A stretch of 64,000 nucleotides of DNA from Selaginella moellendorffii (Eukaryota; Plantae; Lycopodiophyta), in the NCBI RefSeq assembly GCF_000143415.4, contig NW_003314332.1, positions 923,447 to 987,446 of the forward strand, in the 5' to 3' direction. Below the pieces are notes generated by a model, which ran no database searches, had not been told where the DNA came from, and saw only the letters and a list, made by a program, of their open reading frames with translations. The position numbers and the translations under genes are program-made. Of this stretch, positions 1 to 12,307 are shown piece after piece (the stretch's first letter is position 1; each line of letters begins with the position of its first letter).

Positions 1-2549
1 GTTTTATGCTCATTGTTCTATTTGTTAGAAGTTGTTGGGGAAGGCATTTTGGCTCATTAGCTTCGATGTTGAAGTTGGCTTTGCATCTGGCAATCATTGG
101 TGATGATTGACTATCATCTAGGGTAGTTGATTGTCCTTATCACAAGTTTTGCTTGATTATTGTTGGTTTGGAATTATTTGTTGTTCTTCGGGATGGTAGA
201 TTCTTTCTTCAACGATCATTATACATTACTACATTGATGGGCTAATTGACGATTTTTCATGATAGTTGGTTGTTCTCTTTGATGGCTTTTGGCTTTTTGC
301 AATACCACATGTTCTTTGTGGTTTGCTTTGGATTGGTCTCTTGGGTTTGAGATGTTAGTAGGATGTTGCTAACACTTGCTTAGGCAAACTTGAGTTCCTT
401 GGTATTGTTGGCTGAGATCTATTTCGATTGGCTTTTGTGATAGTTGGCAGGCATGAGTGTTTGTTGGTCTTACCACATTCATTCTCTTCTGTTCATTGTT
501 GCTCGAGTTAGTTTTGATAGATTTGGATGTTATTTCCTTTGGGTGATACATTCGCGAGCATTGTGCTTGTTAGTCAATGATACTTTGTGTTCTTTGAGTT
601 CTCTCTAGTAAGTTGTTGGCTTACTGTCTACTATCTTCGGTAGTTAAGTTTCATCATTGAGTATCCTTGATGATATACTAGCTATTGAATTTTGTTGGAT
701 GGTCATTCTTATGTTTGCCAAATTATGATGATCTTGATGGTTCCTATACTATAATACTAGTTTATCGGATGATAACTTATTTGGAATACATTTGTGTTCT
801 CATCTAAGCTTTATTCACTGATAATTAAATCTTTAAGATATCATTGTTTATGACTTTGATATAGTCCCTATCTATTGATCTTTGAGTTTGGGCCAGTATA
901 GGCAGACTGGCTTCGGCACTTTGTGTGCATGTTGAAATCTCTAGTCATGGGGTAGCTACTGTCAACTGGTCACATAACCCGCCTCTCTGTCGATGTTCCT
1001 TATTTCGTTGAAAGGGCGTGACCGTGTAAACAACTCTAACTGCCTGTTGACAGTAGTCTATCTAAACCTTACCGACGGGTTTGGTTTCTTTGCTTAGGAG
1101 GGTTGGGGCCTCTGGCTTCTCTCTCTATGTTCCTGCGGGCAGGGGCATATCACACTTTTGTAAGCTGGGTGACTCCCAGAGCAGCAAGGGTGGCTGACTC
1201 TGTTGGTCATTTCCTTGTCGGCAACGGCCGGAAGGTGTCTGAGCTGGTAGCGCATCCACGTTAGACAAAGAGGTTGCCTCCTAACTCATTTAAGTTGGTG
1301 CATTTCTCACATAGTGTGAGTACCGTGAACTTTTTCTGGAGTTGTTTCCTTGGCGGTATTCTAGACTCAAGTATGCATCGACGAGGATGTCGATCTTCCC
1401 AAAGGGGGGAGAGTGTCGTGAATGTGACTTCGGGTATCGAAAGTTACCTGTCAGCTAGTCCTTTCGGATATTCTTTCTTACTGCCATGATGGCAGGAGGT
1501 CGGTATTGCTGGGCTCGTTATCAGTCTCCGCCTAAGCTAGTTGAGAAACTGGTCATCACATGTGCACTTAGACCGGAAAGGCACTAAGGAAGGAAATCCT
1601 AAGTTGTCATTTAGTCAAGCAGACTTGACATGGTGATGAGAAACTCATGATGTTGGCTTGCACTTGCTAGTGTTGGGAACCCCCGCGATATTGAGCTTGG
1701 TCCCTCAATATCGCTAGATGATAGCTTACCGTGTCTGCCAAACACCCTCGCTATCATGCCCTTTGTGTTAGTCTCATTTCGGTCCCAAATGCTATTTATG
1801 CAAAGTGTCTAGATTTGCTCATTTGGCATATCTACGGAATGTAGAGATCGGCCTGAACACAATGGTGTTCGTCCCGTGTCCAAATTCGCATTCTAAGGAC
1901 ATTCCATATTTAGTAAGTTTCGAGCTTGTCCCAGAGACTAACTCCTGATACTAAGGGAGGCTTGGGGTGAAAGCCCAAAGCGTGTGTTCCTCAAGGGGGG
2001 GGGGGCTATGGGGGGTTCCAAATGTCTAGTAGGGATAGTGGGTAGGTCGGGCATGGCCGACCAACCTGAGGCATAGTCTAGCTCCCGCTTGCGTGCCTGT
2101 CCTTGTTCTGCGTCCGGCTTGGGTCTAAGCCCAAGTTCCATTCCATGCTAGCTGGTGGAGTACCCATATCCTCACATTAGGCCACCGGTATGCTAAAATA
2201 GCGCCAGACTTCGTTTGGCTCCGTTTTGCGTGCTGGTCCTAGCATTGGGATGCTGGTTGCTCCAGGACTGTTCCAAGTCGCTCCGGGCCCCTGTCCCTTC
2301 GCTCCTTGGGCTGTATGCTCGGGAGTTGCTCCGTGGTTCGGTTCCATCACTCCTTGGCTCCATGCTTGGGAGTTTGGCACCATTCGTTCGTTCAGTGGCC
2401 CAAAGCCCTGAACCTCGGGTTCCTATGGACATGTGGCATGTGACACATGGCATCTGTCATGTGGCACAAAGAAGGTTTAGGTTCTGCTTCGTGGTGTTAT
2501 CCTATGGTAAATCACCATAGGATAAAGGGTCAAAACCACGTGCGCTATA
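1..2549 (-). mobile_element. Degenerate LTR-retrotransposon 5' part: putative LTR ~1962-2549, PBS-like site ~1941-1953, decayed internal region to the window start
   Basis: 1724-2547 is the reverse complement of 53301-54138, where the copy starts with canonical TG (TGTAGCGCAC). Minus-strand TAGTATCAGGAG resembles a tRNA-Met PBS (TGGTATCAGAG). No intact gag/pol ORF. Confidence 0.5.
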
Positions 2550-2750
2550 GTCACGTGACTCTTACCTTGAAAAACCACTAAAAATGACACATGTTACATG
2601 GCATGAACAGTGTGCCACGTGTCATCCGCTCCTAGAAGTCATCTTGTGACACTCGAAAAAAAAAAAAAAGAAAAAATGACCACTTTTTCATTGTTGATGT
2701 TGCAGGAGTCACACCACTTCCAGATTCTAAGCCTGAACACTAATACATGC

Positions 2751-3420
2751 TGTGGGGTGAAAGCCCAAAGCGTGTGTCTCCCGGGGGGGGGGCTGTGGGG
2801 GGTTCCAAAAGTATAGTAGGGATAGTGGGTTGGAGGAGTCGGGTAGCCGAGGTGGAGTCCGAGTCCGGGTCCGAATCCGGGCGAGCGAGTGCTCTTCACG
2901 TGGTATATTGCGTGCGGGGCGAGCTCAAAGTGGGCTTTGGCTTCTGGCTTTGGCTCGTGGCTCTGCTTTTGCTACCTGCAACATCACACTCCCTGCTCGC
3001 CACCACAATGCGCATTGGGATGGGTAGCCAGGAGACTCGGATCTTTGCATGCGGTGGTGGTGGGCTAGCTGGCAGTTAATCCTCCTGATGTGGGGTGGTG
3101 TGTGCCTTTGGTAGAGGGCTGCAAACCTATTGCTGTGGTGCAACACATGTGCTTGTGACGGGTCCTGGCCAATGCTTCGGCAGAACCGGGAGACTCGGAC
3201 GACCAACATGTGTGGTGCGCCACAGCTCGGGCTAGCCTCTCGCTTTTGTGTGTGTTTTGGGGCAGTGAGGTGTTCACACCCCCTCCCAAGCACACACCCC
3301 TTGCTGTGCTGTAACCATTGAGTCCGGATCCGGGCGGGCAAAATTCCCTCGTGTTTGAACGTGGGTGAGCTCGGTCGCATGGGGGCTTAGTTGGTGCTTC
3401 ACAGCCAGGGAAGTGACACT
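2751..3420 (-). mobile_element. Second related LTR-like sequence (possible solo LTR)
   Basis: 2751-2830 repeats 1962-2045 (GGGGTGAAAGCCCAAAGCGTGTG...poly-G...GTAGGGATAGTGGGT) and ends in CA on the minus strand. Far boundary uncertain; no TSD found. Confidence 0.35.
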
Positions 3421-3779
3421 CTAGACATCTACCCTTTTGTTAAAAATGCACGTGACGGGGGAGCAAGAAGTCATATGCTCTGTGCTATTGAGCGACCTTT
3501 TGGAATCTCGGGCAAGGGATGTATTTCTACCTAAGAAAACCTTTGTTAAAAATGCATGTGACAGAGGGAGCAAGAAGTTACATGCTCTTGTGCTACTCCT
3601 TGTTGTCCCTGATGGGTGATGGCTCCACTTACTTGTGATGCTGAATGAACTGATGTTCCTGGTGTGACCACCAAGTCCAGATCCGGGCAGGCAATTCCCT
3701 TGTCTTGAACTTGGGTGAGCTCAGTCGCATGGGGGCAGCTGGGTTCTGAGGTGACCTCCTTGGTGGTGAGTAGCAAGTC

Positions 3780-3972
3780 CTTAGAGGGACTATTTGCTTC
3801 CAGCAGATGGAAGTTTGAGGCAATAACAGGTCTGTGATGCCCTTAGATGTTCTGGGCCGCACACGCGCTACACTGATGAATTCAACGACTGCGTGCCTGT
3901 GCCAAAAGGCTCGGGTAATCTTTTGAAATTTCATCGTGGGGATAGATCATTGCAATTATTGATCTTCAATGA
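3780..3972 (+). rRNA. 18S rRNA gene fragment (pseudogenic, ~190 bp, 3' third of SSU)
   Basis: Conserved SSU strings TTAGAGGGACT, GGAAGTTTGAGGCAATAACAGGTCTGTGATGCCCTTAGATGTTCTGGGCCGCAC, GGGATAGATCATTGCAATTATTGATCTTCAA. Confidence 0.9.
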
Positions 3973-3973
3973 T

Positions 3974-4029
3974 CTAGGGTTTAGGGTTTAGGGTTTAATC
4001 CTTTTGCGAAAGGAATTTAGGGTTTAGGG
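3974..4029 (+). repeat. Short interstitial telomeric repeats (TTTAGGG)
   Basis: CTAGGGTTTAGGGTTTAGGGTTTA, a short spacer, then TTTAGGGTTTAGGG. Confidence 0.85.
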
Positions 4030-4044
4030 CGCATTTTAAAGGAA

Positions 4045-5290
4045 TTATTCTGATTGAGGATCAGGCTTATTGAGCATGATCTTCAGTTGTCGCTTCGCGC
4101 TATGGGATATCATCACCATTCTCTGCAAACCGATGCGTTGACGAATTCCTTGCTCTTTCTTTCTTGATCCGAAGAACATGCTCCACAGCGTGTGATTCAC
4201 GAGCTGGATCGGCATGATTCTTACACGCTGCCTCTTCCAAGCCAATAAATCCGCTTCAAACGGCATGCTATGGATCAGCTCCTCAACGTGTTCCAGCTTG
4301 CTGGCCCAACCAAGGAGGTCCATCATGCATAGATAGTGATCCAGGGTCTGTTCCATGTGGAAATCCGCCTGCATCCCCAAGAAGTGCTTCCAGCCTTGCC
4401 AGTACAATCCTCCATGGCTGCAAGCAACCAACACAGCAATGAACGTAACATCCACAGGCTCAACCCCCTCCATCACCATCCAGCTGAAAAATTCAACAGC
4501 TTTCTCAGCTAGCCCGTTTTGAGCGTGTCCCAAAACAATACTCGTCCAGGCTACCGCATCCCGTTCCTCCAATCTGTTAAACACACTTCTAGCATCTTCC
4601 AGCTTTCCACACTTGCAATACATGTTCACAACTCCCGTCCAACAGTTAAGTCTTGCTCAAACCCTGCTTCTTTCACGCTTTCGTGCAAAATTCTGGCTTT
4701 TGCTGCTGAAGATGAATTCGATGGATTCGCACACGCGTCCAACAGGCTCACGAATATGACCTTATCGGGCTGCACACCTTCTTGGTCCATTTTCCTCTCG
4801 AGGCCCTCCTTGCGTGCTCAGTCTTGGCATATGCACTAAACAGTGCACTACAGAGCACCACATCGTACTGGGGAAGCTCATCGAACAATTTCCGAGCGCT
4901 CTCCACGAAACCTTTCTCTACGCTTGCGGAGATGATTGAAGTGTAAGAGGCGATGGACTGCTGCGGCATTCTCTCTAAGGTGATCGTGGCGTCTTCAAGA
5001 TGCCCCAGACGGGCATATGCGTGCACCATCACAGACCAAGTCACCGAATTGCGCTCGGGCGCTCTTCTGAAGAGCTCCTCTGCACACTGCATATGGCCGT
5101 TCTGGGCATACCCAGTGACCATAGCGTTCCACAGCACCACGCAGTGGAAGCCATTCTATCGAAGATGTTCAGAGCGCAATCAAGATACCCCTTGAGGGGA
5201 TACGCGCTCACAACAGCAGTCCAGGACCCTTTGTGGCATCTCCCTGAAGACGCACAGCGCCTCCTGGAGGTTCCCATGTTGGGCATACGC
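4045..5290 (-). pseudogene. PLS-class pentatricopeptide repeat (PPR) pseudogene, copy 1
   Basis: ORF pieces 4045-4629, 4748-5140, 5041-5286 with MYCKCGKLEDARSVF, AWTSIVLGHAQNG, TFIAVLVACSHGG, HYLCMMDLLG; frameshifted relative to the 8080-9491 copy. Confidence 0.9.
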
Positions 5291-6059
5291 CCTGATCATG
5301 GTGCCCCCGGGTCTTCTGCGGCTTCTCCTACAACCGCCCCGTCTCGCCAGAGTCGATGATTACGAGACCGGAGCCTGTTACCTGCAAGCTGCTGTTGCTG
5401 CTCAAACTCTGGGTCCTGTTGGGAGGATGATTATTTGGGTGTCATGTTATGTCAGTCTGAACAGTGTTTCTGCTCTTGATCTTGCTGACCAGCAGCTCAG
5501 TTTGTAAAATGATAGTGACCATTTGTTGAAAGTATAATATCCACCAATGATTCTTTAGTGCTGATTTCACCTTTGAGGAGGTAGTTTTCAAGCAAAAAGA
5601 GGTTTGATTTTAATCCCCACCTAGCATATCAAGTTATCAACTATAGCAAATGCTTAATATTTTAAATTTGTTTATCTACTTAGAATATTTAATATTATAC
5701 AAATGGAAAAAAAAAAGATTAAAAAAATAAAAATAAAAATTACAAAGTCATATATATTTTAAACAGCTCAGATCCCGTGGCTCAGCTACAGGAGCACGCA
5801 TGGCGCACCTGTTTCAGTCAGGTATGAGGTTCTCTAGCTGTTGGCAATAGCTTGGTCGCCTGATATCACTATACATTTTACAAGTGATTCAACACAGGAG
5901 TCATGCCGGAAACAAAAGGTATTGTTGGCTGGCCATGCTCGAACATTCCTCGGTCCTTTGCAGCAAATGCCGCGAAAGGGCATTTGCTGGAATGCTATAT
6001 TTTGGGTGGTAGAATATTGGTAGTATATTCTTTAATTTTGGTTCCTAGATTCGCTTAGG

Positions 6060-6346
6060 GTTTTTGGAGCTCGGCGTCGATGATCATGGAGGCCGTCTGC
6101 ATGCCTTCCAGGAGGCTTGTCCATTGAGACCATAAGCAGCCACCGTTGCACTCCAGGAGCTTAGTTCAAGCAGTTGAATAGCTCCTTGGCAACGCTCACA
6201 ATTCCGCATTCCCCATACATGTTGATCAAAGCTGTTGCAACTCCTGCTCCTCCACATTCCCTGACATTGCTGTGAATCAGTTCACTAGTTTGAACTGATT
6301 CACATTCTTTCAAACTGGTAGCTCGCTTCACCCCTGTTTCCCTCAA
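6060..6346 (-). pseudogene. PPR fragment
   Basis: VATALINMYGECGIVSVAKELF motif; similar fragment at ~22980-23270. Confidence 0.6.
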
Positions 6347-6853
6347 GCTATCCAGAAACGCCTTTCTCTACGTTTATGTGGTAATGACTTCTGGAATGCC
6401 CTTCTCTTGCAATCGCTCAGCAAAAACTCTGCCCCGCAACCGTGTCCGAGATCTTTCCTCACCTCTTTCTCCTTTGTGCATTCCGCCAGGGAGACCGATT
6501 TGACGCAGAAGCCGTCTAGGAAGGGGCGCCTGGCGTCGGCGATAGCGGCCAAGGTGAGAGCCACAAAGCTGCCTCCGTCTTGGGTCGCTCACCAAGTATA
6601 TGCGATGAAGAACAGGTTTGTCACCACAAAAACCAGGAACCAAAACTGAAGAATATACTACCACCCTATAAACATACGGATAAAAGTAACGTATATTCTA
6701 CCACCAAAAATATAGCATTCACTTTCGCGGCATTTGCTGCAAAGGACCAGTCTGTTTAAAAAACTTCCTGAATTACAGCATTCCTTCATGATCATTCTTC
6801 AGCAGCTCCACTGAAAACGCAACCGAGCCAGCCAAGTGTCTCCAGTTATGGCT

Positions 6854-7262
6854 TCAGAGCATCTCAATGAGAGCAGCCTGTTCCCCAGCTGCTCCGAATT
6901 CGAATCCTCCACTGGGGCAGAAGGTTATGGTGTATCCCCCACCGGTACCGCAGGTGAAGGTACTAGTCTCATCGTCGTAAGCGTAACTGTAAGCCTGTGG
7001 ACAAGCATGCTTGAACACCTTGGAGAAAGGCGTCGGCGGGCAAGTCTCGGGCTTGTCGTGCGCTCCCCTGCAGCAGTAAGCATCCGTTTGGAAAACCTCG
7101 CAAGCGCTCTTGCAGCCGATCACCCAGTTATCCTTCCAGACTTTCAGTTCGTTCGGGCACATAGCGTTCAGGTCGCTGTGACAGCCAGCGGACTTGCAGT
7201 TCCACTCCGGGTTGATTCTGAATGGCAAGTTGTAGCCGTACTCGGCCAAGGTGGCGGGAGGG
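6854..7262 (-). pseudogene. Thaumatin-like (PR-5) pseudogene, 5'-deleted
   Basis: YNLP...CPNELKV...GCKSAC...YCCRG...CPQAYSYAYDD; lacks the N-terminal half present at 19348-20199. Confidence 0.9.
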
Positions 7263-8079
7263 ACAGCATCCGAGTTCTGAAGCCTGCCCCAAAGAATTTA
7301 TACTAGCAGAAGAGCCGTAGCGAACTTGTCCACTACTCTGCGATGTCGATCAACTACTGGTCCTTCGAAAGTCTTCAATGTGATATACGTCAAGTGGCTT
7401 CAGCCCTCCAGCAACTTTACAAGGACGTCCTGATATAAAAATGTTTTGTGACTCACTGTACTCCTCGTCATTCAGGAGGGCTCGCTAGTTTCTCCACAGA
7501 AAGACCTTTCCACCAGCTCTCCTGTCAGCCAGAGTTAACTTGCCAAGAGCAGGTGTTGTCCTTCAAACAGTTTTGCGACTCACTGTACTCGTCGTCCAGG
7601 TGAAACAGTTTCACCTTGCTTGACCCGACTTTCATTGGTTGCAGTCTCGGATGGCCTTCCAGAACTATAAATGAAACCGGCTATATCCAACTCCAAAAGG
7701 TTTCCATGAGCAAAAACTTACCTGCAGCTGGGTCCACAACGTTCGTCGTTTATATCATTGTCCTCACTATCGCATCCTTCTCGGATTTCCAACAGTGAAT
7801 GCACATGATCTGTAGTCCCACTGCGGACTAAAGCAACGACCTTTATTACTCAGAGAGAGTCAAGTAACTTACGCTGCTGTGCTGGCTACTTGCTGGTGAA
7901 AAGTCCAATCGGGATAAGGAAGAAGACAGTTTGTTTGTAGCCCCAAGCTCTTCAATGGCAGCCTGCAAGCAAGAATGGGATCTCCTCTCAAGTAGTCAAA
8001 CACGAAAAAATTACCTCTTCAGTGGGAAGCACGACGCCCATCAAGCATGATCTTCAGTTGTAGTTCCTCACCCATGCAT

Positions 8080-9615
8080 TCACGAACTCTTTGCTCTTTC
8101 TTTCTCGAGCCGAAGAACATGCTCTGCAGCGCGTGACTCACGAACTGGATCGGCATGATTCTTACACGCTGCCAGCAGAATCTTCCAAGCCGATAAATCC
8201 GCTTCAAACGGCATGCTATGAATCAGCTCCTCAATGTGTTCCAGCTTGCCGGCCCGACCAAGGAGGTCCATCATGCATAGATAGTGATCCAGAGTCTGTT
8301 CCATGTGGAAATCTGCCTGCATCCCCACGAAGTGCTGCCAGCCTTGCCGGTACAATCCTCCATGGCTGCAAGCAACCAACACAGCAATGAACGTAACGTC
8401 CACAGGCTCAACCCCCTCCATCACCATCCAGCTGAAAAATTCAACAGCTTTCTCAGCTAGCCCGTTTTGAGCGTGTCCCAAAACAATACTCGTCCAGGCT
8501 ACCGCATCCCGTTCCTCCAATCTGTTAAACACACTTCTAGCATCTTCCAGCTTTCCACACTTGCAATACATGTTCACAACTCCCGCCCAACCGTTAAGTC
8601 TTGCTCAAACCCCGCTTCTCTGACGCTTTCGTGCAAAATTCTGGCTTCTGCTGCTGAAGATGAATTCGATGGATTCGCACACGCGTCTATCAGGCTCACG
8701 AATATGATCTTATCGGGCTGGACACCTTCTTGGTCCATTTTCCTCAACAGCTCGAGGCCCTCCTTGCCGTGCCCTGTCCGGGCATATGCACTAATCAGTG
8801 CACTACAGAGCACCACATCGTACTGGGGAAGCTCATCGAACAATTTCCGAGCGCTCTCCACGAAACCTTTCTCTACGCTTGCGGAGATGATCGAAGTGTA
8901 AGAGGCGATGGACTGCTGCGGCATTCTCTCTAAGGTGATCGTGGCGTCTTCAAGATGCCCCAGCCGGGCATACGCGTGCACCATCACAGACCAAGTCACC
9001 GAATTGCGCTCGGGCGCTCTTCTGAAGAGCTCCTCTGCACGCTGCATATGGCCGTTTTGGGCATACCGAGTGACCATAGCGTTCCGCAACACCACGCAGT
9101 GGGAAGGCATTCTATCGAAGATGTCCAGAGCGCAATCAAGATACCCCTTGAGGGCATACGCGCTCACAACAGCGGTCCAGGATGCTACATCCCTCTGCGG
9201 CATCTCCCTGAAGACGCACAGCGCCTCCTGGAGGTTCCCATGTTGGGCATACGCCCCGATCATGGTGCTCCCGGGAACCACATTCTTCTGCGGCATCAGC
9301 TCGAACAATCTCCTGGCGCCCATCAATTTGTCATTGAGGACGTGCGCAGCGATCATGATGTTCCAGGAGAAGACGTTCTTCTTCCCAATCCTGCTGAACG
9401 CCAGACACGCGTCCTGCAGGCTCCCCAATCTGCCATACATGTGAACCAGCAAATTTCCGAAGAATGTCTGCTCCTCCCATCCCAGTTTCATCAGCTCCGA
9501 GTGGATCTGCCTTCAAGCTGAGAGAACTGTGCATTCCCGCAGCAGCGACACATACCCGGCCCTTGAAACCATGTTGCTTCCATCTCAAAGTTTTCAGCTC
9601 ACTTGCTTCGAGCAA
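8080..9615 (-). pseudogene. PLS-class PPR gene, frameshifted, copy 2 (longest)
   Basis: ORFs 8574-9491 and 8080-8577 are consecutive PPR repeats plus an E-like end, in different frames (shift near 8577). Confidence 0.85.
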
Positions 9616-9899
9616 GAATTTACCTAGAATATTTCTTTTGTTTACATCCCACGCCGAAGTTAGTGGGAAGCAGCAGAATCCTCAACAATAAAAACCATTT
9701 GAGTACGAAATTCTGCAACCATTTGAATTTCCTCTTGCTCCACGCCACTGAGTACGCACAATAGAAAGATAAAGGTTACTCTTCGTGGCGTCTCTTTGGA
9801 TGAGTTTATCGACATTGTTTCAAGAATAAGTATCAGCCACGATACTTGCTTGGAGCTCTGAATCCAGTATACAGCACAGGGAGGTAAATTCCTGAAATT

Positions 9900-11566
9900 T
9901 CCACCACGGTACGCGGCTTCTCGCTTGCGTGTGTACTTCACTGCGAAAAACAAATTCAAGACTCCAGGACCAAAACGAAAAGGGAAATTCACTTACAAGA
10001 AATGTAGCAGGCGAGGATCAGAGCTGTCCGAATTAACGTTAGAGCCGTATGTCCGTTGCCTCATAAGGACTTCATGGTCGTCTTCAGGAAATGGTTCCGT
10101 CGGGTGCAGGTAGGACTTCATCAATGACCTCCGCAAAAATCCAAACTCTCATCCACATCCATATGCTGAGCAGAAACACTTTTGTATGGAGCTACTGAGG
10201 AAACGCGATATTTCGGAAGAGAGGACACTCAACACATTTCTCAAGACCCCGCATTTCGTGATGGAGATGAAGTCGCTTCTGAGGTATTCAAAACTGCTAG
10301 CACATCCAGCTAAGTCAGCACATAAAATAAACGACAAACTCTGATCCTTTGTAGGAAAAGCTTCTCCTTGGTCGCCAGAAGAGGCCCCCATGCGGTTAAC
10401 ACCCTCTCCATCCCAAGGTAGTTGGAGTCAGCAATGTTGGAAGTCATGATACAGTGAAACTTTATACTTTATACTGCCTTCAACTGATCAGCAAGCAGTC
10501 AAGCATCCTGGCAGAAGAGTTGCTAGGTGAAAGACACGAAACATCTTCCTTAGTAACAAAAGAGAAGGAGTCCAGAATGAACGTGAAACTGCGACCATGC
10601 TGGCTGAAGAGACTTTCCATGGTGTTCTCGACAGGACCGTCTGCACCACCTGCAGCATTGGGACCGAATTGAGCAAAGGACGCTTGCCCAATGCCGACAA
10701 ATGGCTGATCAACCATAGACTGCTGTAGCACAGCCATTTGATGAAAGATTTCCTTCCTAGGCGATGTAGGACAGAAAAGAGCCTGCATGCAATAGTGGTT
10801 GTAGCCGAGTGCTCTAGAAATCCGCATCTCTTGAGAACATCCCAGCCTGCTGCGACAGACACCCGTCTGTCATAGCATCCGATTACCACAAGGCAATGGC
10901 GACCTCTACTGCGTCTCGGCTGAAGAGCTTCAGCAGTTCCAGGATCATAAAGTTCTGGACAGACACTTGAGCGTTGTTGTCGTTCACCAAGACCCGCACC
11001 TTGCCCGAGTAGCCGCAGAGATTACCTGATGCAGCAAAACACAAGTCGTAGAGCTTGACATCTTGAACCCCGGCCATGCTCCTGACACTGCAGTAGCTCA
11101 CCAGCCTGCATCTCTCACAGACAACTCCTTCAACGGGTTTCGCACAACGCCCGGACACAGGCAAGAGCGCCTGGCCGTTTGGCATCGCCTTTGATGAAAC
11201 CTTCAGCTTTGGCCGCGGTGTCAGTGAACAAGCCGCATTCTTGCTGGCGGGAGAAGCTTGACAGCTTCCTGTTGGAGCTCAGGCTTGCTGTTCGCCATCA
11301 GTAGTTTGTACAGGCATTCCACTGCTGCGTCATCCTCACCCACACTGTGTAAAGAGCTCTTGCCTTGTGGAAAGTTGCCTTGACATGGAACTCGTCGTTC
11401 TCGAGAACAGCGATGCCAGAGCATTCGGGAACTCCCCCAGCTTTAGATAGGCCTCCGCGCATTTCAGCTCTTTGGAGGCAGTGTTTTTGGGAATCATCTC
11501 CCCACAAAGTGCGTTGCCTTTAGTGCCTGGAGCCTTAAAGTTCCTGTTGATGATGATGCTCACCAT
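9900..11566 (-). pseudogene. Degenerate TPR / MYND-type zinc finger (DUF4470-like) gene
   Basis: Fragments GNALC..AEAYLKLGEF (TPR-like), CERCRLVSYCS (MYND-like) and DLCFAASGNL...VLVNDNN...NFMILELL, spread over several frames. Confidence 0.45.
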
Positions 11567-12307
11567 GCTCCCTGCTCTAAACCTTAAACCCTAAGACGAT
11601 TGATTTAGGGTACCCTTGCCACGTTATAATGTAAAAAACTCTATTTATAACTCCAGCTTTGATGACCCAAAGCACAAATTTTAAAATAATCTAATTGAGA
11701 ATATTCTAAGTGTGTTTTGCCCAATCAAACAAGAGTGTTAATAAGATTGTTTTATTATTTAATTTATGTTAGCAAATAAAAATTCATCTTCCCACTGGGG
11801 CTTAAGTGAACTGATGAAGATCACTGACTGGTGTTCCACAAAAGAGCAATGATCACATCTCTCATATATTTATGTACATTCTGGCCTTGGAATTATAGCA
11901 ATAAAAAAATGGACCTTGGCTATTAAAACTCGAAAATAAAAGATGTTAGAGGTAAGAAAGTTTACAAATATATTATGTTTAAAAAAAATTTAAGTTTATA
12001 TTTTGAAGTAAATCGTTTAAATATGATATTTCAAATTAATAAAAAATGATGACTGGAGAATCTTTCACCTCCTGTATTGTGTATAATAAAATACACAACA
12101 CAGGAGGTGAGAGATTCTCAACTCATTCCATGCTGGAGTTCAGAATCTGATGGTACAGGCGACAGGGTCCAGAAACTTTCTGGGCGGAAAGAAAGTTGGG
12201 CCAAATGTCACGTCAACATTATTTCATGACAAATCACTTCACAATGAAGAAATTATAGAATGGAAAAATCGTTTATATTCTGAACCCCAGAGGGGCTACT
12301 CAGATCC

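Noticed and set aside
11575-11595. CTAAACCTTAAACCCTAAG (and AAACCCTAA at ~25211) as healed ends
   Set aside because: One or two units upstream of gene remnants; more consistent with ordinary telo-box promoter motifs
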